Made by a program: the position numbers and the translations under genes. Positions 38,223 through 48,083 of a stretch of 64,000 nt of DNA are shown here, one piece after another (positions within the stretch are counted from its first letter, which is position 1; every line of letters starts with the position of its first letter). Origin of the DNA: a bacterium. GTDB taxonomy: Bacteria > Hinthialibacterota > Hinthialibacteria > Hinthialibacterales > Hinthialibacteraceae. The stretch spans positions 160,001 through 224,000 of the forward strand of contig CAXXSM010000132.1 in the NCBI GenBank assembly GCA_963663405.2. The letters run 5' to 3'. The notes under the pieces were generated by a model. It was not told the origin of the DNA and made no database searches. It worked only from the letters and a program-made list of their open reading frames with translations.

Positions 38223-40010
38223 ATGTTTATTATTAATCTTTTGTCGATGGCGTTCATTTGGGGAGCGCTTAAAAATCGATTGCAGGCGATGATGAACGTT
38301 CAGAAATATACGCTTCAAGACTGGTTCCAGGCATGTGCTCTGATCATTTTGGTTGGATGTATCTGTTCTTGCGGAGACGGGGAAACCGAAACGGAAAAAC
38401 GTCCTCCAGGTTTTTACAATGAGATCGAGTCATCAGGAATCACTTTCATTCACACCGATGGCAGCTGTGGCAACCATTTTTTAGTGGAAACCGTGACCGC
38501 CGGCATGGGGCTTTTCGATTACGATAACGATGGCGATCTGGATATTTACTTCGTCAACGGCGCCGCGCTTCCAGGAAAAACGTTTGACTCCCCTCCGCAA
38601 AACGCCCTGTACCGCAACGACGGCGGGCGCCGCTTCACGGATGTGACCGAACAAGCGGGTGTGGCCGATCCATCGTATAGCATGGGCTGCGTCATGTTCG
38701 ATTATGACAACGATGGGGATCTCGACATCTATAATTCGAATTTCCGGGAGGATGTCTTTTTCCGCAATAATGGAGATGGAACCTTCACCGATGTGACACA
38801 ACAGGCCGGTTTGGGTGATCCGCGGCTAGGGGCGGGCGCCTGCGCCGCTGATTTTAATCATGATGGATGGACCGATCTTTTCGTCGCGAACTACATAGAA
38901 TGCCCGCTTGATGAACCTGCTCCCTGCAAGAGATTGGGAGTGCCTCTCTATTGTGATCCAAGCACATTCGATATGTATGAACCCCAGCAGGCCAGTCTCT
39001 ATTTTAATAACGGAGATGGAACGTTCCGGGATGTGACTGAAGAATCTGGAATCGCCGCTTTCCGTGGCCGGGGGATGGGGGTTTCTTGTACGGATTTTGA
39101 CAATGATGGTGATGTGGATATCTACATCGCCAATGACGTCACGGAAAATTTTCTGTACCGGAACGACGGCAAGGGCGTTTTTGAAGAAACCGGCCTGTTC
39201 GCGGGATTGGCGTATGATATTCACGGACACGAACAGGGCAGTATGGGATGTGACTTCGGCGATTACGATGGTGATGGCTGGTATGACCTTGCCGTGACCA
39301 GCTACCAACGCCAATTCAATACGCTCTATCACAATCTGGGGGATGGATCGTTCGAAGATGTCACCATTCCCGCAGGCGTTTCGCCTGGCAGCATGAAATA
39401 TGTAAGCTGGGCCGTTTTTTTCTTTGATTACGACAACGATGCGGATATGGATTTATTCATCGCCAACGGTCATCTGCAGGATCGTATTGAGGAACTGGAA
39501 AAACAGACAAAGTATTTCGAGCCGAATCAACTCTTTCGTAATAACAACGATGGAACCTTCACCGATATCTCTTCAGATGCCGGTCCCGGCTTCCAAGTGG
39601 AGTTAAGCACGCGCGGTGGCGCGTTTGGGGATATCGATAATGATGGGGATCTGGATATCGTTCTCTCCAATTCACGCCGGGAAGCCTCTCTCCTTATCAA
39701 TGAACTGCACAACGGCAATCATTGGATCAACATCCAGCTGCGTGGCGAAAAAAGCAACCGGGATGGTATCGGTTCAAGGGTGGAGGTTACCGCAGGGGGA
39801 AAAACGCAAGTCAATGAGATTCGCGCCGGGAGCAGCTACCAAAGTCACTACGATCTGCGCCTTCATTTCGGATTGGGCAAAGCGGAACTCATTGATGAAA
39901 TCACAATCGCCTGGCCAAACGGCCATGTTGATTCCTACCAAAATATCAAACCGGATCAATTCCTCTCACTCCACGAAGGAGCGGAGAAAATCGCCTTTCA
40001 AAGAATCTAA
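38223..40010 (+). CDS. CRTAC1/ASPIC-UnbV family FG-GAP repeat protein
   Basis: Repeated D(Y/F)DNDGDLD, RNNGDGTFTDVT, C-terminal NRDGIGSRV...LHFGLG; possible lipobox ICSC; true start may be ~38289. Confidence 0.9.
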   Translation: MFIINLLSMAFIWGALKNRLQAMMNVQKYTLQDWFQACALIILVGCICSCGDGETETEKRPPGFYNEIESSGITFIHTDGSCGNHFLVETVTAGMGLFDYDNDGDLDIYFVNGAALPGKTFDSPPQNALYRNDGGRRFTDVTEQAGVADPSYSMGCVMFDYDNDGDLDIYNSNFREDVFFRNNGDGTFTDVTQQAGLGDPRLGAGACAADFNHDGWTDLFVANYIECPLDEPAPCKRLGVPLYCDPSTFDMYEPQQASLYFNNGDGTFRDVTEESGIAAFRGRGMGVSCTDFDNDGDVDIYIANDVTENFLYRNDGKGVFEETGLFAGLAYDIHGHEQGSMGCDFGDYDGDGWYDLAVTSYQRQFNTLYHNLGDGSFEDVTIPAGVSPGSMKYVSWAVFFFDYDNDADMDLFIANGHLQDRIEELEKQTKYFEPNQLFRNNNDGTFTDISSDAGPGFQVELSTRGGAFGDIDNDGDLDIVLSNSRREASLLINELHNGNHWINIQLRGEKSNRDGIGSRVEVTAGGKTQVNEIRAGSSYQSHYDLRLHFGLGKAELIDEITIAWPNGHVDSYQNIKPDQFLSLHEGAEKIAFQRI

Positions 40011-40145
40011 AACTTACTCAAAAATGGTGATTTTCACAGAAACCGAAAAAATCCTGCCATTTCATATTTCTTTTGCTTAAATTAACAATAATGAAGAATA
40101 TGTTTTAGATGACCAATCTATAATCCATCAAGAAGGAGAAATAGT

Positions 40146-40613
40146 ATGAAAACGATCGTAAGACAATACTTTGGCGCGCATTCAAAGATCCATACTAGCG
40201 TGATTGCGATTCTGCTTTTTGTATTGGCGCTCACCCTTATTGGCGCGCCAGCGGATAAACCAGCCAATTCAGCGGAACCCACAAAATTGGCGGTGATCTG
40301 GAGCAGCGGGGATCCATACGTCGCGCATCGCGTCTGTCTCATGTACACGCACGCCGCGAAAAGAAATCAATGGTTTGATGAAGTGAAATTGATCATCTGG
40401 GGGCCGTCGGCTAAATTATTTGTGGAAAATGAGGATCTGCAGAACAAAATAGCGGATATGCAAAAAGACGGCGTCATCGTTCAAGCCTGCATCTCCTGCG
40501 CCAACGCTTATGGAGTGACGGACGATATCCGGAAACATGGTATTGAAGTAAAAGGAATGGGCAAACCACTGACTGAAATGCTTCAAAGTGATTGGAAAGT
40601 TCTAACATTTTAG
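40146..40613 (+). CDS. DsrE family protein with signal peptide
   Basis: WFDEVKLIIWGPS, ACISCANAYGV; AAGGAG RBS. Confidence 0.8.
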   Translation: MKTIVRQYFGAHSKIHTSVIAILLFVLALTLIGAPADKPANSAEPTKLAVIWSSGDPYVAHRVCLMYTHAAKRNQWFDEVKLIIWGPSAKLFVENEDLQNKIADMQKDGVIVQACISCANAYGVTDDIRKHGIEVKGMGKPLTEMLQSDWKVLTF

Positions 40614-40711
40614 TTTGAGAGAAAGTACAATTTTGGGGATTTTTAGTCATAACAAACGTTGCAGATTTTGTTGTCAGGCAAGGATGATTTTATTTGAAAA
40701 ACATCGTTAAA

Positions 40712-40936
40712 TCAACAATTCCGGGTTATCGGCCATTCTCTGTCCGGAACATCAACTGTAATCATCTCAGCGTCAGCCTCAAATGGTATGGAAGTATCCA
40801 GCATATCTTCCGCGCCGATTTGAAGCGATTTTATCAACTGATCTTGGGTTCTTTCCTGCGCGTTCACGCCCGGCAGATCGACTAACCAGCCAATCCACCA
40901 ACCATCGATTTCTTTGATTATCGCCCGGTATTTCAT
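40712..40936 (-). CDS. HicB-like antitoxin, orphan
   Basis: YRAII...DGWWIGW..DLPGVNAQERT..L...L. Confidence 0.75.
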   Translation of the reverse strand: MKYRAIIKEIDGWWIGWLVDLPGVNAQERTQDQLIKSLQIGAEDMLDTSIPFEADAEMITVDVPDREWPITRNC

Positions 40937-41091
40937 ATTTATCTCACAAATGAATGTTTGAATCCTAACCGCTTATTCGATCATTGTACATGATTTCGAT
41001 TGTAGACGAGTGTCAAAGAAAAAAAAATTGTTGAATTTCCTTCCTGACTGGTTAGGATTCTTATAATAAATCCCAATTTGGAGATAAGGCT

Positions 41092-42744
41092 ATGAAAAAC
41101 ACTTTGAAACACGCGTTGTACATTTTTTGTATTCTCTCAATTTGCATTTCCACCGGACTTGCTCAAAAAGCCGATACGTTTGATCCCCAAAAAGCTGAAA
41201 ATATTTATGCCTTTAAGGTGAAAGATATCAATGGAAAGGAATTCAGCCTCAAAAAATATGAGGAGAAAGCCGTTCTGATCGTGAATACGGCATCCAAATG
41301 CGGATTTACACCCCAATATGAAGATTTAGTCAAGATTTACAAACAATACAAGGATCAAGGATTCCTCGTTTTGGGCGTTCCCGCGAATGAATTCGGGATG
41401 CAGGAACCTGGATCGAATGATGAGATCTTGGAATTCTGTCAACTTACCTATAACGTCGAATTTCCCATGCTGGAGAAAACCGTTGTCAAAGGAGATAACA
41501 TAGCGCCTCTCTTCCAATACTTGACCACAGCGGAAAATCCAGATTTCACGGGGGAGATCAAATGGAATTTTGAAAAATTTCTCATTGACCGCGAGGGGAA
41601 ATTGATCCGCCGTTTTCGAAGCCGTGTCAAACCCACCGATGAAGTCATTACGGGAGCGATCGAAAAAGTAATAAAACAGAAATCGACCAAAGCGATGTGT
41701 TTCCCCGGCGCCGCATGGAAAGAAGCCGTTCCCGAATCACAGGGCGTCGATTCGAAGAAACTGGCGGAAGCCGTTGAATATCTCAAAAATCATGCTCCCT
41801 CTGATGGAATTAAGGAACTGGTCATCATTCGAAACGGTGTTCTAATCTGGAAAGGTTCAAACATTGATAAGGTTCATGGTGTCTGGTCACTCACGAAATC
41901 GTTTACCAGCACGGTTTTGGGACTATTGATCGATGATGGAAAAGCTACGCTGGATACAAAGGCGAAAGAATACATCCCCGCAATGGCGGAGCATTATGGT
42001 GATGTGACGCTTCGACACTTCACGACAATGACATCGGGATATCGCGCGATCGGAGATGAACCGCAGGGCAGCTATCTGCATGGGCCTAGCAAGACGCCGT
42101 TTATTCCGAATCCAAAGCCTCTGTTTTCCCCGCCCGGTTCGAAATTCGCTTATTGGGATTCCGCCATGAACCAGTTCGGTAATGTTCTCACACGCATTGC
42201 GGAGGAATCGATGGAAGACTATTTCAAACGCAAAATCGCCGATCCAATCGGAATGAATTGGGATCAATGGGACTGGGGAGATTTTGGTGAAGTGGACGGC
42301 TTGGTGGTAAATGGCGGTTCGGGCAACAATGGCAATCATATTTTAACCAACGCGCGGGAGCTGGCCCGGTTTGGTCATCTCTTTTTGAATCGTGGGTGTT
42401 GGGACGGGAAACAATTAATCAGCGCGGAATGGGTCGATCAAGTTCATAAAGTCCACGTTCCCATGACACTTCCCTACGGACATCCCGAAAGTGGTATCGA
42501 CGGACCTGGTATGTATGGATTCAATTGGTGGGTGAATGGTGTAAAAAAGGATGGGGAACGGAAATGGCCGGGTGTTCCGGTTTCCACATATGCGGCCAGC
42601 GGCTACAACAACAATGATCTTTTTGTTCTCCCTGATTGGAAGATGGTGGTGGTCCGTCTTGGATTGGATCAAGGTGAATTCCGGATCACCGATGATATTC
42701 ATGCCAATTTTCTGAAAAAAATCGGTGAATCAATTATTGAATAA
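41092..42744 (+). CDS. Glutathione peroxidase - serine hydrolase (beta-lactamase fold) fusion
   Basis: VNTASKCGFTPQY, NEFGMQEPG, IKWNFEKFL, then SxxK (SLTKS), PGSKFAY, ARELARFGHLFL, YGFNWW in one frame. Confidence 0.85.
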   Translation: MKNTLKHALYIFCILSICISTGLAQKADTFDPQKAENIYAFKVKDINGKEFSLKKYEEKAVLIVNTASKCGFTPQYEDLVKIYKQYKDQGFLVLGVPANEFGMQEPGSNDEILEFCQLTYNVEFPMLEKTVVKGDNIAPLFQYLTTAENPDFTGEIKWNFEKFLIDREGKLIRRFRSRVKPTDEVITGAIEKVIKQKSTKAMCFPGAAWKEAVPESQGVDSKKLAEAVEYLKNHAPSDGIKELVIIRNGVLIWKGSNIDKVHGVWSLTKSFTSTVLGLLIDDGKATLDTKAKEYIPAMAEHYGDVTLRHFTTMTSGYRAIGDEPQGSYLHGPSKTPFIPNPKPLFSPPGSKFAYWDSAMNQFGNVLTRIAEESMEDYFKRKIADPIGMNWDQWDWGDFGEVDGLVVNGGSGNNGNHILTNARELARFGHLFLNRGCWDGKQLISAEWVDQVHKVHVPMTLPYGHPESGIDGPGMYGFNWWVNGVKKDGERKWPGVPVSTYAASGYNNNDLFVLPDWKMVVVRLGLDQGEFRITDDIHANFLKKIGESIIE

Positions 42745-42793
42745 ACCATCATGATTGAGACTACAACGTGCAAGTGTGAATGAATTACGTAGC

Positions 42794-42822
42794 GGTGGGG
42801 CAAAAGACGCGACTCACCCTAC
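42794..42822 (-). repeat. GTAG-type REP copy between convergent genes
   Basis: Reverse complement GTAGGGTGAGTCGCGTCTTTTGCCCCACC matches 1266-1295. Confidence 0.7.
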
Positions 42823-42855
42823 AGTGTATGGAATGCGAGTGTCATATCCGCAAAT

Positions 42856-43305
42856 CTATTTCAACAAACGGAGAATCGATTGTAATTCATCTTTGATGGA
42901 TTTCAGATCAACTTCTTTTGGAGGATTCGCTTCTTCAATCGGCGCCGGGGGAAGTTCTTGACGCGGATGTTCTTCCTCTTTTGCTAGCGTTTCTTTTTTC
43001 TTCGCTTTCCGCTCTTGTTTGAGGTTTTGTACGCCTTTGCGCAGTTTGCGTTCCGCCCCGTCGAGGGTATATCCTTCATTGTAGAGGAGATTTACGATCT
43101 CGTAGAGGAGTTCTAAATCGCTGCGCGTATATTTCCGTTGATTGCCACCTACTCGCTTTGGATTAAGTTTGCTAAACTTGGTTTCCCAATAGCGAAGCAC
43201 ATGGGGCTCCACTCCCGTATAGCCGCTCGCTTCGCTAATCGAGTAGAATATCTTCTTTGGGATCTCACCCAGAGATTTGGTCTGGGGTTTATTACGATTA
43301 TTCAT
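42856..43305 (-). CDS. MerR family transcriptional regulator
   Basis: FYSISEAS...VEPHVLRYWE..F..LNP.R..GNQRKY, LLYNEGYTL.GA. Confidence 0.88.
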   Translation of the reverse strand: MNNRNKPQTKSLGEIPKKIFYSISEASGYTGVEPHVLRYWETKFSKLNPKRVGGNQRKYTRSDLELLYEIVNLLYNEGYTLDGAERKLRKGVQNLKQERKAKKKETLAKEEEHPRQELPPAPIEEANPPKEVDLKSIKDELQSILRLLK

Positions 43306-43403
43306 AGCCATAACATAATGAATAATAAAATGATATACCATAAAAGGTCAAGTACTTTCCTAAGTATAATTGAAAAATTGAATCAGTAAGGCGCCAATTT
43401 AAG

Positions 43404-44870
43404 ATGCAGATTAAACAATTTATCAAATTGAAGGACGATCTGATTGAGATCGCTGATTGTCTTTTATCGCTTGCGGAAGCGGGGGAAAACAGCGTATATC
43501 GTTATTCTCAAGTCGTTTACGACTCGATCTATCTAGACCGGGGGCGGAAGAATGTGAACCGCTATGGGCTTACATCGACGTATAATGTGGAAGATATCGA
43601 CGCGCAGGTTTTTTCGAGCGTTCGTGGTGAAGAATTGTTTCCCAGTAATCTATTACAATTTGAGAAATGGCGGGAACGGTCCGAGACGCCCTATATTTTC
43701 ACATACAAAGGAATCTCTCTCCCCACTCATCAAGACGTGCGCTTTGATCCTCTTCCCACTAATTTTGAACGATGGGATGACGAACTTCTCGCCTTCACTG
43801 ACCAGTTTAAAAATGTCCGCATTACGCGGGATTTCGGGGTGGAACAACGGGTCATTGTCAATTCAAGCGGTGGCGTCACGATTGAATCCCGCCCGTTTTT
43901 TGGCTTGTATTACCGCCAGGGATACGAACCGTATCTGGTGACCCGCAGTATTGGGGCGTATGTGAAATCCAACGAGGATATCAACCGGATTCCCCGGTTG
44001 ATCCGATACCTGCCCGATCCGACACCGGATCGTTCCATCAATAGCGCTTCGTCTTTCACGGAAGCGTTCGAGAACCTTCATGCGATTTCCGCTGAAGTGG
44101 AATTCGAAACATTGGAAGACGCGGGGCTTTCGGACACGCTCACGCATGATGTAATTATGCTCAGCGGCGTGCCGATCCATGAGATCTTCGGTCATCAATT
44201 CGAAGAGCCGGTTTACCCGCTTTCGGTAGGGCAGCAGTCACTCTTCCCGATTGGAAAAAACGTGCAGAATCCAAATTTAGCGCTGCGCGACAATCCTCTT
44301 CAGACGATTGAAGGACTGGATGTGATGGGATCGTACCAATTTGATAGCTACGGCCGTCAAGCCCGGGAGAAAGTTCTCATTGATCGATCCAAGGTTCACG
44401 AACATCTCGGCAGTGAGTATGTGGATGTCAAAAACTTGAAAACCTTCATCGGAATTGACCGAAGCGAGTTTATTGGAAACGCCCGGCAAGGGTATGAGGG
44501 ATCGTTTCCCCAATCGAGAATGTCCTGCACGATTTTGGAAGGCCGGGAGGAGGAAAACGTTTCTTATACGGGAAAAGTGATCATGATTCCATTTCATGGG
44601 TACGTTCTTGATGGGAATTTTTTCAAAGTTATGTCGTCCGAATGTTATTACATCGATCCTGACGGCATACCCAGGCGGCTTGGATCACTCGAAGGAAGCC
44701 GGGCCATCTACGATGCGATCATTGGCATGCACATTCTGCCCGGGAAATCACATCACATTGGATCCTGCAGCAAACCGAACGTCTTGGATGATGGAACCGA
44801 TACAGAAGTGATGGTCTCGTTTTACACCAATCATCAACTCTGGGAGCATCTTACGATCCGGTCGGTCTGA
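43404..44870 (+). CDS. Divergent TldD/PmbA-like metalloprotease
   Basis: HEIFGHQFE zinc motif, DNP, GSYQFDSYG, GNAR, P.SRMS, G.C.K. Confidence 0.65.
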   Translation: MQIKQFIKLKDDLIEIADCLLSLAEAGENSVYRYSQVVYDSIYLDRGRKNVNRYGLTSTYNVEDIDAQVFSSVRGEELFPSNLLQFEKWRERSETPYIFTYKGISLPTHQDVRFDPLPTNFERWDDELLAFTDQFKNVRITRDFGVEQRVIVNSSGGVTIESRPFFGLYYRQGYEPYLVTRSIGAYVKSNEDINRIPRLIRYLPDPTPDRSINSASSFTEAFENLHAISAEVEFETLEDAGLSDTLTHDVIMLSGVPIHEIFGHQFEEPVYPLSVGQQSLFPIGKNVQNPNLALRDNPLQTIEGLDVMGSYQFDSYGRQAREKVLIDRSKVHEHLGSEYVDVKNLKTFIGIDRSEFIGNARQGYEGSFPQSRMSCTILEGREEENVSYTGKVIMIPFHGYVLDGNFFKVMSSECYYIDPDGIPRRLGSLEGSRAIYDAIIGMHILPGKSHHIGSCSKPNVLDDGTDTEVMVSFYTNHQLWEHLTIRSV

Positions 44871-44894
44871 GTGAATAAAAAAAGGAGAAATGGT

Positions 44895-46805
44895 ATGCGA
44901 AAAACAATCTTGGTACTATTCACACTAATCATCTACACAGGAATTCCAGTTCACGCGGCGGAAACGCAGGAAGCGCGGATGACGCCTTGGGTGGAGGAAG
45001 ATGTTCTTACCGTGTTGAAAAAATGTGACGAATTCGCCCCTTACCCTCGCTATCAAGCGCGTAGTGAATGGGAGAAGTTTAAACAAAACGCGCGATTTGC
45101 TGTAAGTTTGAGCAGCGCCGCTGACCGTGCTCGTGAGTTGATGAAGAGGCCCCGGCCCGCGTTACCTGCATCCCTTTATCTCGACTTCCAGCGCACCGGA
45201 CGCCGAACTCCTTTTGAAAGAATTCTTTCTCGAAGAAGCGTGTATCTTCACTCATTCGCGCTTGCGGAATGTGTCGAGGGCAAAGGAGAATTTCTCGATC
45301 CTATTTTTGATGAAGTGTGGGCGTATTGTGAAGAGAGTGATTGGTGTCTACCCGCTCATACGGATGGTTTGGTTGATATGGAGAATCCATACATCGATCT
45401 GCGGGCGTCCGCTGTGGCGGTGGAACTCGCATTGATTGATTATGTTTATGGGGACGCGCTTCTTCCCAGCATTAGGAAGCGGATTCGATACGAATTGGAA
45501 CGGCGTATTTTTGTGCCCTACCTTGCGCGGGACGATTTCTTCTGGCTTCACAGGACACACAATTGGAACGCGGTCTGCAATGGGAACATTCTCCGGGCGG
45601 CGCTTTTTATCATCGACGATCCCAACCGTCTTGCGAAGATTGTGACCAAAGCGCAGAACGCGATGTGTAACTACCTGATAGGATTTGGTAGTGATGGCGG
45701 AACGGCTGAGGGATTGGGTTATTGGAATTATGGATTTAGTAATTATGTCAACGCGGCGTATTTGTTAAATCAATATACAAACAAACGCCTCAATCTTTTT
45801 GAACCGCCGATCGTGAAAGAGATCGCATTGTTCCCACCCCGTGTGGAACTCTCACCGGATAAATATCCCAGTTTCTCGGATGGAGGGGAGAATCATCGGT
45901 TTTCCCCGGCTCTTCTTTGTACATTGGCCGATTCACTTGATCTTCCTGAATTACGAGCGTTCGCTTCCAATCAAATGGATCGAATCGGACAAGAGAGCAG
46001 CCTTGCAGGCTTATTCCATTCCACCCGTTTCCCCCTGCCGGAGAGACAGATGCCATGCCCGAAAAAAGCGTTCGACTATCTGAGTGGCGTGCAGTGGATG
46101 ATCTCCCGCAACGATCCTAACAATCCTTACGGCCTTGTCATCGCCGCAAAAGGCGGGAGCAACGATGAACCCCATAACCATAATGATGTGGGGAATTTTA
46201 TCGTTCATTTCCAAGGTGAGTCTCTTATCGTGGATTTAGGCGCCCCGGTTTACGACCGCGGTTTCTTTAGCGGGAAACGGTACAGCTATCTCGCCGCTCG
46301 ATCTCTCGGTCATTCCGTTCCCCTTATCAATGGCCTGGAACAACGGCCGGGGGGTGAAGCGCGCGCCGTGGCAAAAGCCAATCACACAGAATCCTGCGAT
46401 ACACTGCGTTCCGATATTACCACCGCGTATCCTCCTGAAGCGGGACTTACCCGTTTGGAACGCGTTGTTCAACTTTATCGGGATGGAAAGGACGGCTGGG
46501 TGGAATTAATCGATGAAACCGAATTCAAAGAGAAGCCATCGAGTTACGAAACGGCTCTGATGACGTACGGAGACGTGTCTCTCAAAGGAGATAATCAAGT
46601 TTATATTAAAGGGAATAAAGGCGCTCTACTCGTAACGTACGATCCTGAACGTTTTCAAGTGGACATTCAAGAGTTTGACACCAAAGAAGCGAAACTGCGC
46701 ACAGCGTCAATGTATCCCACGGCGCGGAGAATCGCGTTTCAGGCGAAATCACTTGATCAACGCATCAACATTCATTTAGAAATCCGGCCGCGGAATATCG
46801 AGTAA
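44895..46805 (+). CDS. Heparinase II/III family protein, secreted
   Basis: WCLPAH, HNWNAVC, DGGTAEGLGYWNYG, HNHNDVGNF, HSVPLING; AAGGAG RBS. Confidence 0.85.
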   Translation: MRKTILVLFTLIIYTGIPVHAAETQEARMTPWVEEDVLTVLKKCDEFAPYPRYQARSEWEKFKQNARFAVSLSSAADRARELMKRPRPALPASLYLDFQRTGRRTPFERILSRRSVYLHSFALAECVEGKGEFLDPIFDEVWAYCEESDWCLPAHTDGLVDMENPYIDLRASAVAVELALIDYVYGDALLPSIRKRIRYELERRIFVPYLARDDFFWLHRTHNWNAVCNGNILRAALFIIDDPNRLAKIVTKAQNAMCNYLIGFGSDGGTAEGLGYWNYGFSNYVNAAYLLNQYTNKRLNLFEPPIVKEIALFPPRVELSPDKYPSFSDGGENHRFSPALLCTLADSLDLPELRAFASNQMDRIGQESSLAGLFHSTRFPLPERQMPCPKKAFDYLSGVQWMISRNDPNNPYGLVIAAKGGSNDEPHNHNDVGNFIVHFQGESLIVDLGAPVYDRGFFSGKRYSYLAARSLGHSVPLINGLEQRPGGEARAVAKANHTESCDTLRSDITTAYPPEAGLTRLERVVQLYRDGKDGWVELIDETEFKEKPSSYETALMTYGDVSLKGDNQVYIKGNKGALLVTYDPERFQVDIQEFDTKEAKLRTASMYPTARRIAFQAKSLDQRINIHLEIRPRNIE

Positions 46806-46843
46806 ATAGTGATTTTTCATTAATTAATTGATCTGGCTCTCTT

Positions 46844-46992
46844 TTGTCTGAATCAGGATAACCAGGATGAAAGGATGAACTGGATTATTTAAGTCATAGT
46901 TGATTGATCTAAATCAACCTTCAAAGTTTCATTCCTCAATGAGGATTTCCATCCTGTAAATCCTTTTATCTTGTATATCCAGATTCAGACAA
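46844..46992. mobile_element. MITE-like element with 42-bp imperfect terminal inverted repeats
   Basis: TTGTCTGAATCAGGATAACCAGGATGAAAGGATGAACTGGAT (46844-46885) vs reverse complement of 46951-46992: 34/42 identical by hand count. Confidence 0.6.
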
Positions 46993-47970
46993 TTCATTCA
47001 TAAAATCACATACAAGACACCCCACTAACACATGCAAAGGGATAGCGAATTGGCCGAATAGGTCCCAATCATTGTATCCCCAGTCAGGATGCCAGATCGT
47101 TGTCCAAGCGACTCCGCATAGCGTTGATATGAATAGAAATTGCAGGTATGGGGTATTGATCCGTTTGCGCAGCAGGAAAAGAACGGGCCATTCCAACGCG
47201 AGGAAAAGAAACGACGATCGCCAATGGAAGTAGAGCAGCATCTTTAAGTGATCCCATGAGAAGAACGTGAAATAATGGTTTGGAAATGTTTTACGAAAAA
47301 GGGGAACGAGACGCTCTAAACCGTTATCTGTCCCTAAAAGAGGGAAACTTTCGTATGCTAACGCAAGGAAATTAAGTGTTAACAAGGTTATTGTAAACAC
47401 GATCAGAGGAACCAACGTCTCCAATGGATTGAACCGCCTGTTTTTCCAAAGCGCGTACACCATCGCCGGAGTGTAAAACACAGCCAACATATGAGAAAAA
47501 CAGGCGAGAACGAAAAAGACTGCACCTGGCCACAGTGGTTTCTCTTCTTCGAACCATTTTCGCATGTACAAAAAGCAAAGAATGAAGAACATATTGACCC
47601 AAGCGTAGTTCTCCACATGCCCCACGAATACGAGAAAGCAGCCGGAGAAGATATTGATGGCCAGAAAAAGGGGATCATGGCGGATCGCGTACAGCGCCTG
47701 AATCGCGATGGCGCCCGCCAGCGCGCTGCTGAACGCGATCGCGTTCCAGGCGTCGAAACCGAGTGGCGCCAGTATTGTATATACGATATTGTGTAGGACC
47801 ACCGTGAGCAGTGATCGGTAGAATAAATTCCATGAACCGGATTCAACTAAACCGGCCATATAGTAACCATCGGCCCCCATGGGAACCATCGACCGCATTG
47901 AATAAAGCAGAAACGCGAGCGATAGCGTCAGAGCGATGCGAAATAGGTATACTTGAATTCTTGCGTTCAT
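46966..47970 (-). CDS. Polytopic membrane protein (possible GT-C fold)
   Basis: Multiple hydrophobic segments; GADG, GHVENYA, DWDLF motifs. Confidence 0.65.
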   Translation of the reverse strand: MNARIQVYLFRIALTLSLAFLLYSMRSMVPMGADGYYMAGLVESGSWNLFYRSLLTVVLHNIVYTILAPLGFDAWNAIAFSSALAGAIAIQALYAIRHDPLFLAINIFSGCFLVFVGHVENYAWVNMFFILCFLYMRKWFEEEKPLWPGAVFFVLACFSHMLAVFYTPAMVYALWKNRRFNPLETLVPLIVFTITLLTLNFLALAYESFPLLGTDNGLERLVPLFRKTFPNHYFTFFSWDHLKMLLYFHWRSSFLFLALEWPVLFLLRKRINTPYLQFLFISTLCGVAWTTIWHPDWGYNDWDLFGQFAIPLHVLVGCLVCDFMNELSESGYTR

Positions 47971-48020
47971 TTTTTTAAAAATTAGGGCTTAAAGGTTGCT
48001 ATTCCAATAGCAGTAAAATG

Positions 48021-48057
48021 AAAAAAAGTGAAGAACCAGCGGCTCTTCACTTTTTTT
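48021..48057. terminator. Bidirectional Rho-independent terminator
   Basis: AAAAAAAGTGAAGA...TCTTCACTTTTTTT downstream of the ABC operon. Confidence 0.8.
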
Positions 48058-48083
48058 ACGTTTTAAATTGTGTGAGGGAAAAA

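Noticed and set aside
38500-39660. Recurring GAYAAYGAYGGNGAY DNA repeats
   Set aside because: Explained by FG-GAP protein repeats.
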